DNA from: an uncultured Gemmatimonadales bacterium
Lineage (GTDB): Bacteria > Gemmatimonadota > Gemmatimonadetes > Gemmatimonadales > GWC2-71-9
Direction: 5' to 3'
Length of the DNA stretch: 64,000 bases
NCBI GenBank assembly: GCA_963697755.1
Contig: CAVOPE010000014.1
Location: 107,817-171,816 of the forward strand
Part shown: positions 16,799 to 25,072 of the stretch, one piece after another
Layout of the letters: the number at the start of each line of letters is the position of its first letter
How positions within the stretch are numbered: position 1 is the stretch's first letter
Position numbers and translations under genes: made by a program
The notes under the pieces: model-generated
The model's input: only the letters and a program-made list of their open reading frames with translations
Database searches by the model: none
What the model was told of the DNA's origin: nothing

Positions 16799-18106
16799 GT
16801 GACCGCGGCGCCCGCGCAGGCCGGCATTCTTCGCCTGAGGTGGTGGCTCTTTCTCCTCCCCGCCTGCTTCCTGGTGGAGGTGATTCTCGGCGGACCGCTG
16901 GGGATCTACGGCGGCATGCCCGTCCGCTTCATCCTGTTCGGCGCCTGCGGCGTCGAGCTCACTCTCGGGCTCGGCATCCGGGGTCGGATCACCGGCGCCC
17001 ACCTGGTGGCCCTGGCGAGCGTCACCGGCTTCCTCCTCGTCACCGCACTCTGGGTCGTGGTCGTGCCGGTGCTCACCCGCGGGCGATTCGTCTACGCCAT
17101 CGGCGAGGCGCGCTCGTTTCTAGTCTTGATCCTGGTGGTGCTCCTGCTCGCGCTCACGCCCGCCAGCCAGCTCGGCGTGCTCGTGAGCTACCTGCAGCGG
17201 ATCGTGGTGTGGTCCTCCGTTCTGCTCGCGGTGTTTCAGATCGCGATCTGGCTGGTCGGGACGCTGCTGCCCCAGCTCAAATGGGTCATCGGGCCCGTGC
17301 TCTCCGGTGCGTTCGGCGGCGCATCCGACTTCATCTACGTAGGGCCCATGCCCGACGGCTTCTTCCGGGTGTTCTGGATCTCGACGCTGTGGGTCCTGGT
17401 CAGCGTGTTCTGGCTCCCGCTGGTTGTGCCACCCGGGCCGCGCCGCACCGCGCTCTTCGCCATCCTGCTGTTCGGGCTGTTCGTCTCGTACTCCCGAGGG
17501 ATCTGGCTCGGGCTCGTCGCGGGGTGGGTCGTGGCCTATTTCACGGGACTCGACCGGCGGCACATCGTGCGCGGCCTGGTGCGCGCCAGCGTGGCCGCCG
17601 GCCTGCTGCTGACGCTGCTGCTCGGGATGCTGGCCGCCACGGGGCAGTTGAACCGCAGCACCGAGCGGCTCACGTCGACCGTCTCGCCCGATGACCCGAG
17701 CGTGGGGGTGCGCGTGGAGCAGGGACGGTACCTCGTGGATCTCTGGCTCGAGCACCCGTTCATCGGGAACGGATACGGCGCCTACTCGGCGCACTACACC
17801 CGGTCCACCGAGGCCCCGTTCAGCTACGAGCATATGTCCTACGCCTTCCTCGCCAAGCTCGGCCTGCTGGGGCTCGCGGCCAGCGGTGCGTTCGTGCTGT
17901 TCTGGGTCGGCACCGCGTGGCGGGCGCGCCGGACCGCGCCCGAGTCGGCGTCCGCCTTCCTCGGCGGGGCGAGCGCGCTGCTGCTGGCCTCGATGACCAA
18001 CCCGCTGATCGTCAACCTGGTGGGGATGAGCATCCTCGGCTGCCTGCTGCTGCAGTGGGCCAGCTTCGCCGCTCCCGCCCGCCCGCCGGCTCCGCATGAC
18101 GTCTGA
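16799..18106 (+). CDS. O-antigen polymerase/ligase family membrane protein (Wzy-like)
   Basis: ORF 16799..18106, with about 10-12 TM segments. Wzy_C-type motif LFVSYSRGIWLGLVAGWVVAYF followed by a periplasmic loop with GNGYGAY. Confidence 0.8.
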   Translation: MTAAPAQAGILRLRWWLFLLPACFLVEVILGGPLGIYGGMPVRFILFGACGVELTLGLGIRGRITGAHLVALASVTGFLLVTALWVVVVPVLTRGRFVYAIGEARSFLVLILVVLLLALTPASQLGVLVSYLQRIVVWSSVLLAVFQIAIWLVGTLLPQLKWVIGPVLSGAFGGASDFIYVGPMPDGFFRVFWISTLWVLVSVFWLPLVVPPGPRRTALFAILLFGLFVSYSRGIWLGLVAGWVVAYFTGLDRRHIVRGLVRASVAAGLLLTLLLGMLAATGQLNRSTERLTSTVSPDDPSVGVRVEQGRYLVDLWLEHPFIGNGYGAYSAHYTRSTEAPFSYEHMSYAFLAKLGLLGLAASGAFVLFWVGTAWRARRTAPESASAFLGGASALLLASMTNPLIVNLVGMSILGCLLLQWASFAAPARPPAPHDV

Positions 18107-19166
18107 CGGGGTAGTGATCGTGCTCAGCGCCTACGACGGCGCCCGCCACATCGAAGCGCAGATCCGCAGCATCCAGCGCCAGCATCACCAGGACTGGCTG
18201 CTGTTGGTGCGGGACGACGGCTCAAGCGACGGCACCCCCGCGCTGGTCGAAGCGCTGGCACGTGAGGACCTGCGGATCCGCCTGGTGTCCTCCGGCGGGA
18301 AGAACCTCGGCGCCGTCGCCAGCTTCGGCGCGCTGCTCGCCGAGGCGGCGGCGGGAAACGCCCGCTACGTCTTTCTCGCCGATCAGGACGATCTCTGGCT
18401 GGAGGACAAGCTCGGCCGACAGCTCGAGGCCATGACCAGCGCCGAAGTCCGCCTCGGGTCCGACGTGCCCATCCTCGTGCACTCGGATCTCTCGGTGGTC
18501 GACGACCGCCTGCGGCCGATTCACCCGTCGTTCCTCCGCTACCAGAGCGGTCTCGCCACGCCGACGGGCCTTTCGCTCCGCACGCTGCTCGCTCAGAACC
18601 TCGTGACCGGCTGCGCGACGGCGGTCAACCGCGCGCTCCTGCGCCTGGCGCTGCCGCTTCCCGACGTGGTCATGCACGACTGGTGGCTCGCGCAGTGCGC
18701 CGCGGGCGCTGGGGCGGTGGTCTCCCTGCCGGACGCGCTCGTGCTCTACCGCCAGCACGCGGCCAACGTCGTCGGCGCGAGCGGGTTCTACGGGCTGGTG
18801 GCGCGGGCGCTGCGAAGCCCGGTGGCATGGTGGGAGCGTGGCGGACGGAATTTCGTGCGCGGCGTGCGCCAAGCGGCCATGCTCCGGGAGCGACTGGAAG
18901 GAGAGCGACTGGTACCGGGACGGTCGGAGCGTGAGCACTCCGGCGAGAGTGCCGATCTCGTGGCCCGGTACGCGACGGCCTTCGCCGGAACAGCGTCACC
19001 TCTCCAACGTCTCCGGAAAGTGCGCGCCCTGGGCGTCCACCCGGCGAGCCGGGTCCCGCGACTGCTGTACTACCTCCGCGTGCTGTTGTACGAGCGGCTC
19101 CGTGGCAATGTGGGGCCCGCCCGCCCGGCGGCTCAGCGTAGCAGCTCGTCCACGATCGGCGCGTAG
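18096..19166 (+). CDS. GT2-family glycosyltransferase
   Basis: ORF 18096..19166. VIVLSAYDGARHIEAQIRSIQRQ, LLVRDDGSSDGT, FLADQDDLW (DxD region). The 11-nt overlap with the Wzy-like gene suggests coupling. Confidence 0.85.
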   Translation: MTSDGVVIVLSAYDGARHIEAQIRSIQRQHHQDWLLLVRDDGSSDGTPALVEALAREDLRIRLVSSGGKNLGAVASFGALLAEAAAGNARYVFLADQDDLWLEDKLGRQLEAMTSAEVRLGSDVPILVHSDLSVVDDRLRPIHPSFLRYQSGLATPTGLSLRTLLAQNLVTGCATAVNRALLRLALPLPDVVMHDWWLAQCAAGAGAVVSLPDALVLYRQHAANVVGASGFYGLVARALRSPVAWWERGGRNFVRGVRQAAMLRERLEGERLVPGRSEREHSGESADLVARYATAFAGTASPLQRLRKVRALGVHPASRVPRLLYYLRVLLYERLRGNVGPARPAAQRSSSSTIGA

Positions 19167-20386
19167 GTGCGGGTCCGGTCGAGGTGGGCGGCGGCGAATG
19201 CCATCACGTAGACACGCTGCCGCGCCGCCCGCTCGGGATCCTTGAGGGCATGGTGCATCGCAACCGCCAGTTCGTCGCCGTTGCCGGCGGCGTAGTTGTA
19301 TCCCAGATCGTTCCCCTCGACCATCTCCCAGGCCTCGCCCGGCAGGCTGTTGATGACCGGGATCCCCGCCAGCAGGTAGTCGTTCAGCTTGTAGGAGTAC
19401 GCCACGTTGCCGCCGACCGCGAAGGTGTTGAGCCCGTAGTCCATGTGGCGGAGCAGCGCGACCAGGTCGCGGTGCGGCAGCAGGCCGGAGAACCAGCTTC
19501 GAAGTCCGATCTCCGCCGCGAGGGCGCGGAGCACCGGCTCAAGCTCACCCGCACCAAGACAGACGAGACAGGCCCCGGGGTGGTCCGTCTGCACCGCGCG
19601 CGCGGTGCGGACCACCAGCTCGAGGTCGTAGTTGCGTCCCAGGGTCCCCACGTACACGAAGCGGAAATCGGCTGCCGCAATCTCGGGCGGCAGCGCGACC
19701 GACGACACCGCCTCCGCGTAGTACGCCAGGTCGCCGCCGAGGTAGACGCAACGCGCCGGCGGAAGCCCGCGCGGCCCGCGCACGCGGTCGGCGCCCTCGG
19801 CGTAGCGCGCCGATTCGGCCACGACGGTGTCGGCCAGGCCGAGGGCCGCGTCGGCGGTCCAGCGCCAGAGCCGGAACAGCGGGCGCTCGTACGGCCTGAG
19901 CCGGTGCACGGCCAGCAGCGACTCGGGCCAGGTGTCGTGCACATCGATCACCAGCCGGCTGCCTATCGCCCGGGCGAGGAGGCCCAGCAGCAGCGCGCTA
20001 AGATTGTGCGGGATTGGGCAGTAGATGCTGCGCGGGCGGCCCCTGCGCACGAGCTCCCACACTGCCGCCAGCGCGAGGCCCAGGTCGAACACGAGGTGGC
20101 TCAGCACCCGCCGCACGCTGACGTTCGCCGAGTAGCCCGGCTCGAACACGCGTACGAAGCGCAGACCGGGCCGCTCGAGCGCTGGCTTGGGGCGCTTGGC
20201 CTGATGGTCGAACCCGCTCGTGAAGAAAGTGACACGCGCCCCCCGCGCGCGCACCCGCTCCGCGAGGTAGAGAAACCGGTCGCCCTCGGCCATGCGGGCC
20301 GGGTTGGTGAACGGCCCCACGACCCAGACCAGTGGCGGCTCCGCCGCTTGAATCCGGCCGGGTGCCGGGTTAGCTATCTCGCTCAT
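19133..20386 (-). CDS. GT4-family glycosyltransferase (WbuB/WcaI-like)
   Basis: ORF 19133..20386(-). GT-B N-terminal half (VWVVGPFTNP...RFLYLAERVRARGARVTFFT) and C-terminal half (FVYVGTLGRNYDLELVV, GIPVINSLPGEAWEMVE). Convergent with the GT2 gene, overlapping it by 34 bp. Confidence 0.85.
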   Translation of the reverse strand: MSEIANPAPGRIQAAEPPLVWVVGPFTNPARMAEGDRFLYLAERVRARGARVTFFTSGFDHQAKRPKPALERPGLRFVRVFEPGYSANVSVRRVLSHLVFDLGLALAAVWELVRRGRPRSIYCPIPHNLSALLLGLLARAIGSRLVIDVHDTWPESLLAVHRLRPYERPLFRLWRWTADAALGLADTVVAESARYAEGADRVRGPRGLPPARCVYLGGDLAYYAEAVSSVALPPEIAAADFRFVYVGTLGRNYDLELVVRTARAVQTDHPGACLVCLGAGELEPVLRALAAEIGLRSWFSGLLPHRDLVALLRHMDYGLNTFAVGGNVAYSYKLNDYLLAGIPVINSLPGEAWEMVEGNDLGYNYAAGNGDELAVAMHHALKDPERAARQRVYVMAFAAAHLDRTRTYAPIVDELLR

Positions 20387-20402
20387 GCCTCATAACCGCC
20401 GG

Positions 20403-21608
20403 ATGCGGATCTACCTCTCCGTGCCGCACATGGGCACGCTCGAGCAGACGTACGTCGCCGAGGCCTTCGCCACCAACTGGCTCTCGTCCGCGGGTCCGCA
20501 TCTGCAAGCCTTCGAGAACGAGGTGGCCGAGCTGCTCGGCGGCGGCGTGAGCACCCTGGCCACCTCGAGCGGCACCGCGGCGCTGCACCTCGTACTCCGA
20601 GCGGCTGGAGTGGGGGCCGGGGACCGGGTGGCGGTCTCGACGCTCACGTTCGCCGGCTCGGTGTTCCCTATCGACTACCTCGGCGCGCGGCCGGTCTTTC
20701 TCGACAGCGAGCCCGAGTCCGGCAACCTCGATCCGGCGCTGTTGCGCGACTATTTGCGGGCGGCGGCGGCGCGCGGCGAGCTGCCCAAGGCCCTCATCGT
20801 CGTGCATCTCTACGGGCAGCACGCCGACCTGGACGCGATCGCCGCCGCGTGCGCCGAGTACAACGTACTGATGATCGAGGACTCGGCCGAATCGCTGGGC
20901 GCCACCTACAAAGGGCGGCAGACCGCCGTCACCGCACCGCTCTCCATCCTGAGCTTCAACGGCAACAAGATTATCACCACGACTGGCGGCGGCATGGTGG
21001 TTGCCAAGGACCCGGCGGTGCTGGCTCGAATGCGGAACTGGGCCAACCAGGCGCGCGAGCCCGCCGTGGAGTACCTCCACCGGCAGGTCGGGTTCAACTA
21101 CCGGATGAGCAACGTGCTCGCCGCAATCGGGCGGGGGCAGCTCACCGTCCTCGAGGACCGGGTACTGGCCAGACGTGCCGTCGCCGAGCGCTACGGCCGC
21201 CTCCTGGGCGACATTCCCGGCGTCGAACTGCAGCGGGAAGGTCCATGGGGACGCCACACGCGGTGGCTGTCGGTGATCTACCTCCATCCGGCCACGCATC
21301 CCGGCGGACCCCGGCGTGTGATCGAAGCGCTCGGCACGCGCGGCATCGAGGCCCGCCCGGTCTGGCGGCCGATGCACACGCAGCCGCTCTACGCCGAGGC
21401 CGAGCGGGTCGGAGGGGAAGTGGCAGAGCGGTTGTACGGCACCGGCCTCTGCCTCCCGTCGTCGTCCAGTCTCACGATCCACGAGCAGGACGAGGTCATC
21501 GAAGCGATCAGACAGACGCTGGTCCGCGCGGACGCAGCAGCACCTCGGCCAGCTCCTCGATCGACTGGGTCGTCCAGTCCGGCTGGTGTTCGGCGGTCGC
21601 CGGGGTGA
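20403..21608 (+). CDS. DegT/DnrJ/EryC1/StrS-family PLP-dependent sugar aminotransferase (PglE-like)
   Basis: Within ORF 20385..21608; ATG 20403 preferred (MRIYLSVPHMG). Motifs SSGTAALHLVL, LIVVHLYGQHADLDAI, SILSFNGNKIITTTGGGMVV (PLP-lysine region), GFNYRMSNVLAAIG. The last 33 codons overlap the convergent HAD gene. Confidence 0.9.
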   Translation: MRIYLSVPHMGTLEQTYVAEAFATNWLSSAGPHLQAFENEVAELLGGGVSTLATSSGTAALHLVLRAAGVGAGDRVAVSTLTFAGSVFPIDYLGARPVFLDSEPESGNLDPALLRDYLRAAAARGELPKALIVVHLYGQHADLDAIAAACAEYNVLMIEDSAESLGATYKGRQTAVTAPLSILSFNGNKIITTTGGGMVVAKDPAVLARMRNWANQAREPAVEYLHRQVGFNYRMSNVLAAIGRGQLTVLEDRVLARRAVAERYGRLLGDIPGVELQREGPWGRHTRWLSVIYLHPATHPGGPRRVIEALGTRGIEARPVWRPMHTQPLYAEAERVGGEVAERLYGTGLCLPSSSSLTIHEQDEVIEAIRQTLVRADAAAPRPAPRSTGSSSPAGVRRSPG

Positions 21609-22203
21609 GCCCGTGGTACTCTCCCGCCGCATGGCGGGCCCACACAGCCTGCATGCCCGCTGCCTTGGCCCCGCGGAAGTCCTTCGCCGGATTGTCTCCC
21701 ACATAGACGCAGTCGGACGGTAGCACCCCGAGCGCCCGACTCACCGCCAGAAACGGCTCGGGGCTCGGCTTCCACGCGCTTCGACCCAGCGTGTCGGAGA
21801 ACACCACCGCGTCGAACCAGGGCGCCAGTCCGCTGGCCAGCCACTTCCGTTCCTGCATCGTCGCCGGCCCGTCCGACACCAGCCCCAACCGATAGATCCG
21901 CTTGAGCTCGCCTAGGAGCCGCTCGACGCCGGGAAGCGGCGTGAGGACAGGGGAGTGCGTCCGGTAGGCCTCGACCAGCGCGTCCACGGTGACGTCGAGG
22001 CCCGGACGGCTGGCCAGCCAGCGATCGAAGGTGCTGCCGCGCATGCCACTCCGGTACAGACCGACCAGCTCGTCGTACGCCGCCGCCGCGGCGACACCCC
22101 CGGCGAGGGCGGCCCGATCGGCCGCGGCCCGAAATCCGCCGAGCACGAAGTCGCGCTCGGCGACCAGCGTGTCGTCAAGGTCAAAGACGACGGCGCGCCA
22201 CAT
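21508..22203 (-). CDS. HAD-superfamily hydrolase
   Basis: ORF 21508..22203(-). Motif I VVFDLDDTLV, motif II LGLVSDG, motif III/IV KPSPEPF ... VYVGDNPAKD. Confidence 0.85.
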   Translation of the reverse strand: MWRAVVFDLDDTLVAERDFVLGGFRAAADRAALAGGVAAAAAYDELVGLYRSGMRGSTFDRWLASRPGLDVTVDALVEAYRTHSPVLTPLPGVERLLGELKRIYRLGLVSDGPATMQERKWLASGLAPWFDAVVFSDTLGRSAWKPSPEPFLAVSRALGVLPSDCVYVGDNPAKDFRGAKAAGMQAVWARHAAGEYHGLTPATAEHQPDWTTQSIEELAEVLLRPRGPASV

Positions 22204-23182
22204 TGGCCAGGTCGCTCTCGCTGAGAAAGAACGCGTCGTCGAACCGGGTCACGTACAGGCCCTCGCGGAAGCCGTCCGGGCGGCCGGGGTCGTAGGGGAC
22301 GCCAGCGACCTCGGCGAGCAGGAGCGCCGGGCCGTGGACGCCCGCGGCGATCCCCAGGGGCGCGCCCCCGCCGAAGCGGGCGTTGATCTCGGTGAAGTGT
22401 GGCTCGCCGTCGCGCAGCATGCACTGCACCGTGAGGGGCCCGCGGCCGGGCAGGGCTTCGGCGATCCGCCGGCAGCCGTCCAGGATGCGGTCGTCGCGCA
22501 CCGTCACGCCCTTCACCACCTCTCCGCCGCGGACTTCGAGACGCCGCCGCGAGACCAGCCCTCGGACGCGGCCGTCGAGCCCGCACACGACGTCGGTCGT
22601 GATCTCGGGGCCGGGCAGGTGCTCCTCGATCATGGGGAACGGCACGTAGCCGAGGAAGAAGCGCAGCTCGTCGGGGCTTCGGGCCAGGAAGGCGTGCTGG
22701 GCGGCGCTCCCATCGCGGGGCTTTAAAAACACCGGGTACGTGAGTGCCTCCGGATCCACCCCGTCGGCCACCCAACCCTGCGCCACGGCCAGGCCGAGCT
22801 TCCGGAAGAAGGCCTTGGTTCGCCACTTGTCACGGGTGATGTCGGCCGCCTCGGCGGAGATCACCCCGGCCTCGGCGCCGGCCTCGTGAAACGCCTCGCG
22901 GTGGCGCGCGAGCACGGGAATGTCCGGGTCGGTGAGGGGCAGCACGAGGGCGACGCCCTCCTCGCGGCAGATTCCGAGGAGCTCGGGGACAAACGCCGGG
23001 TCGCGGGTGGGGGGCACCAGATACCTGCCATCGGCTACCTGCAGGGTGGGCGCAAGCGGGTTGATGTCGGTCGCCAGCACCCGGACCTCGATGCCGAGGC
23101 GAGGCCCGGCGTCGTGGAAGGCGCGGACGAGCTCCACCCGGCGCCCTGCGCTGGTCAGGAGAACGGTGACCCGAGCGGTCAT
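22181..23182 (-). CDS. ATP-grasp domain ligase
   Basis: Within ORF 22181..23218(-); ATG 23182 (MTARVTVLLTSAGRRVELV) sits behind a GGGGAG RBS-like stretch. ATP-grasp features DKWRTKAFFRKLG, YPVFLKPRDGSAA, MIEEHLPGPEITTDV, FTEINARFGGG. Confidence 0.85.
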   Translation of the reverse strand: MTARVTVLLTSAGRRVELVRAFHDAGPRLGIEVRVLATDINPLAPTLQVADGRYLVPPTRDPAFVPELLGICREEGVALVLPLTDPDIPVLARHREAFHEAGAEAGVISAEAADITRDKWRTKAFFRKLGLAVAQGWVADGVDPEALTYPVFLKPRDGSAAQHAFLARSPDELRFFLGYVPFPMIEEHLPGPEITTDVVCGLDGRVRGLVSRRRLEVRGGEVVKGVTVRDDRILDGCRRIAEALPGRGPLTVQCMLRDGEPHFTEINARFGGGAPLGIAAGVHGPALLLAEVAGVPYDPGRPDGFREGLYVTRFDDAFFLSESDLANVARRRL

Positions 23183-23186
23183 GCTG

Positions 23187-23771
23187 TCAGCTCCCCTGGA
23201 ATTCCGTGGTGCCTCCATCGACCGGGCTCACGCCCCGTCCTTCCAGCACTCGCGCGACTGTTCGCACCAGGATCGAGAGGTCGAGGCCGAGCGAGTGGTG
23301 ATCGACGTACCAGACGTCGAGTGCCAGCCGCTCGGGCCAGGTCTGCGCGTTCCGGCCCTGTATCTGGGCCCAGCCCGTCAGGCCGGGCGGTACTTCGTGG
23401 CGCCGGGCCTGCAGCGGCGTGTAGCGGGATAGATAGCGGACGGGCAGGGGCCGGGGACCCACCAGGCTCATGTCGCCCCGGCAGATGTTCCAGAGCTGCG
23501 GCAGCTCATCGAGGCTCCAGCGCCGGAGCCAGCGGCCCAGCGGGGTGAGCCGGATGGCGTCGGTCGCGACTTCGAGCTCAGGGCTCGGGGCGGGGCGCAT
23601 CGTCCGGAACTTGTACAGCCGGAATGGACGGCCTCCCAGGCCGGCGCGCTCCTGCACGAAGATGACCGGCGGGCCGAGTCGCGCGCGCACTGCGAGGGCG
23701 ATCGCGAGCAGGAGCGGCGCGGTGAGGAGCAGTCCCATGCCGGCGAGCGCGAGGTCCAGGGCGCGTTTCAT
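23187..23771 (-). CDS. undecaprenyl-phosphate sugar phosphotransferase, small single-TM type (PglC/WbaP C-terminal domain family)
   Basis: Within ORF 23187..23825(-); ATG 23771 (MKRALDLALAGMGLLLTAPLLLAIALAV). Motifs GPPVIFVQERAGLGGRPFRLYKFRTM, DELPQLWNICRGDMSLVGPRP, PGLTGWAQIQG. Confidence 0.9.
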   Translation of the reverse strand: MKRALDLALAGMGLLLTAPLLLAIALAVRARLGPPVIFVQERAGLGGRPFRLYKFRTMRPAPSPELEVATDAIRLTPLGRWLRRWSLDELPQLWNICRGDMSLVGPRPLPVRYLSRYTPLQARRHEVPPGLTGWAQIQGRNAQTWPERLALDVWYVDHHSLGLDLSILVRTVARVLEGRGVSPVDGGTTEFQGS

Positions 23772-23949
23772 CGAATCCCGGGTGGCGGTTGCGGTATGGT
23801 AGACTAGCCTCGGGACGGTCCGCAAGTCTCAGTCGGGCAAGGCCCAGAGGCCCGGCGGAGGTGTACATCAGGGCGGGGGCCCTTATCTTCCAATCGCCCC
23901 GCGCCCCTCCGCGCGCGTCCATGCTAACTAGGAGCTCGACGTCCGCGAA

Positions 23950-25017
23950 ATGGCTTCCGACCAGCCCGACGACCTGTCCTTCGCTGCCGCGCTGACGTTC
24001 CTGCTTGCGCACCGACGGCTGGTGCTCGGCACCGGTCTGCTCGTCTTCGTCCTGGTTACCGCCGTTTCGCTGCTCCGGTCACGCACGTTCACGTCGACCG
24101 CCTCCTTCATGCCGCAGACCTCCGAGAGCGTGCTCTCACGTTTCTCGGGCCTCGCCGCCACGTTCGGCGTGCCGGTGCCGGCGAGTGATCCCGGCTCGTC
24201 GCCCGCCTTCTATGTGACGCTGCTCAAGTCCCGGGACGTGCTCCGCCGCACGGTCCAGACACCGTACCTGATCCGCGTGGGCGGCGACACCATCCGGCGC
24301 ACGCTGGTGGACTTTTACAAGGCAGAGGGGGCCACGCCGGCGGCCCGCCGGGACGCCGCGGCCGAGCGGCTGCTCGAGGACCTGATGGTCTCCACCGGCC
24401 GGGAGACGGGGATCGTCAAGCTCGAGGTGACCACAGTCGACCCGGCGTTGAGCCAGCAGGTGAGCCAGCGGATGATCGGGCTGGTGAGCGAGTTCAACAT
24501 GCTACGCCGGCAGAGCAACGCCGGCAGCGAGCGCCGGTTCGTGGAGGGTCGGAGCGCCGAGGCCAAGCGAGCGCTCGAGGCCGCGGAAGGCCGTCTGCAA
24601 GGGTTCCTCCAACGCAACCGCGAATACCGGAACGCGCCGCAGCTGGTGTTCGAGTATGAGCGGCTGCAGCGCGACGTGCAGATGCAGCAGCAGATCTACT
24701 CCTCCCTGGCCCAGGCGCTCGAGCAGTCCCGCATCGACGAGGTGCGCAACACCCCCGTGATCACCCTGATCGAGCCGCCCGACCTCCCGGCCAAGCCCGA
24801 CGGCCGCTTCGCCCTGGTCAAAGGCATCCTCGGGTTGCTGGTGGGACTGGGACTGGGAGCGCTGTTCGCGGCCTGGAGACAGCTGCTCGCCGGCATGGGG
24901 CGACTCCGCGCGCCCAGCGTGCCTCCCGCGCAAGGGCGAACGGGTCCGGGATTGGCGCGCAATCTGCAGGATATGGCAGGCTCGGAGTCTGGTTTTGGAG
25001 CTCGCAAGTCGGGCTAA
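23950..25017 (+). CDS. polysaccharide chain-length determinant (Wzz/PCP-type, no kinase domain)
   Basis: ORF 23950..25017. N-terminal TM (LVLGTGLLVFVLVTAVSLL), a long coiled periplasmic region (FNMLRRQSNAGSERRF..., QQQIYSSLAQALEQSRIDE) and a C-terminal TM (ILGLLVGLGLGALFAAW). Confidence 0.75.
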   Translation: MASDQPDDLSFAAALTFLLAHRRLVLGTGLLVFVLVTAVSLLRSRTFTSTASFMPQTSESVLSRFSGLAATFGVPVPASDPGSSPAFYVTLLKSRDVLRRTVQTPYLIRVGGDTIRRTLVDFYKAEGATPAARRDAAAERLLEDLMVSTGRETGIVKLEVTTVDPALSQQVSQRMIGLVSEFNMLRRQSNAGSERRFVEGRSAEAKRALEAAEGRLQGFLQRNREYRNAPQLVFEYERLQRDVQMQQQIYSSLAQALEQSRIDEVRNTPVITLIEPPDLPAKPDGRFALVKGILGLLVGLGLGALFAAWRQLLAGMGRLRAPSVPPAQGRTGPGLARNLQDMAGSESGFGARKSG

Positions 25018-25072
25018 GTTGCACTTCCCGAATGCCTTGACTCTCACCAGCCAGGTGTAGATACTCTTCGCA

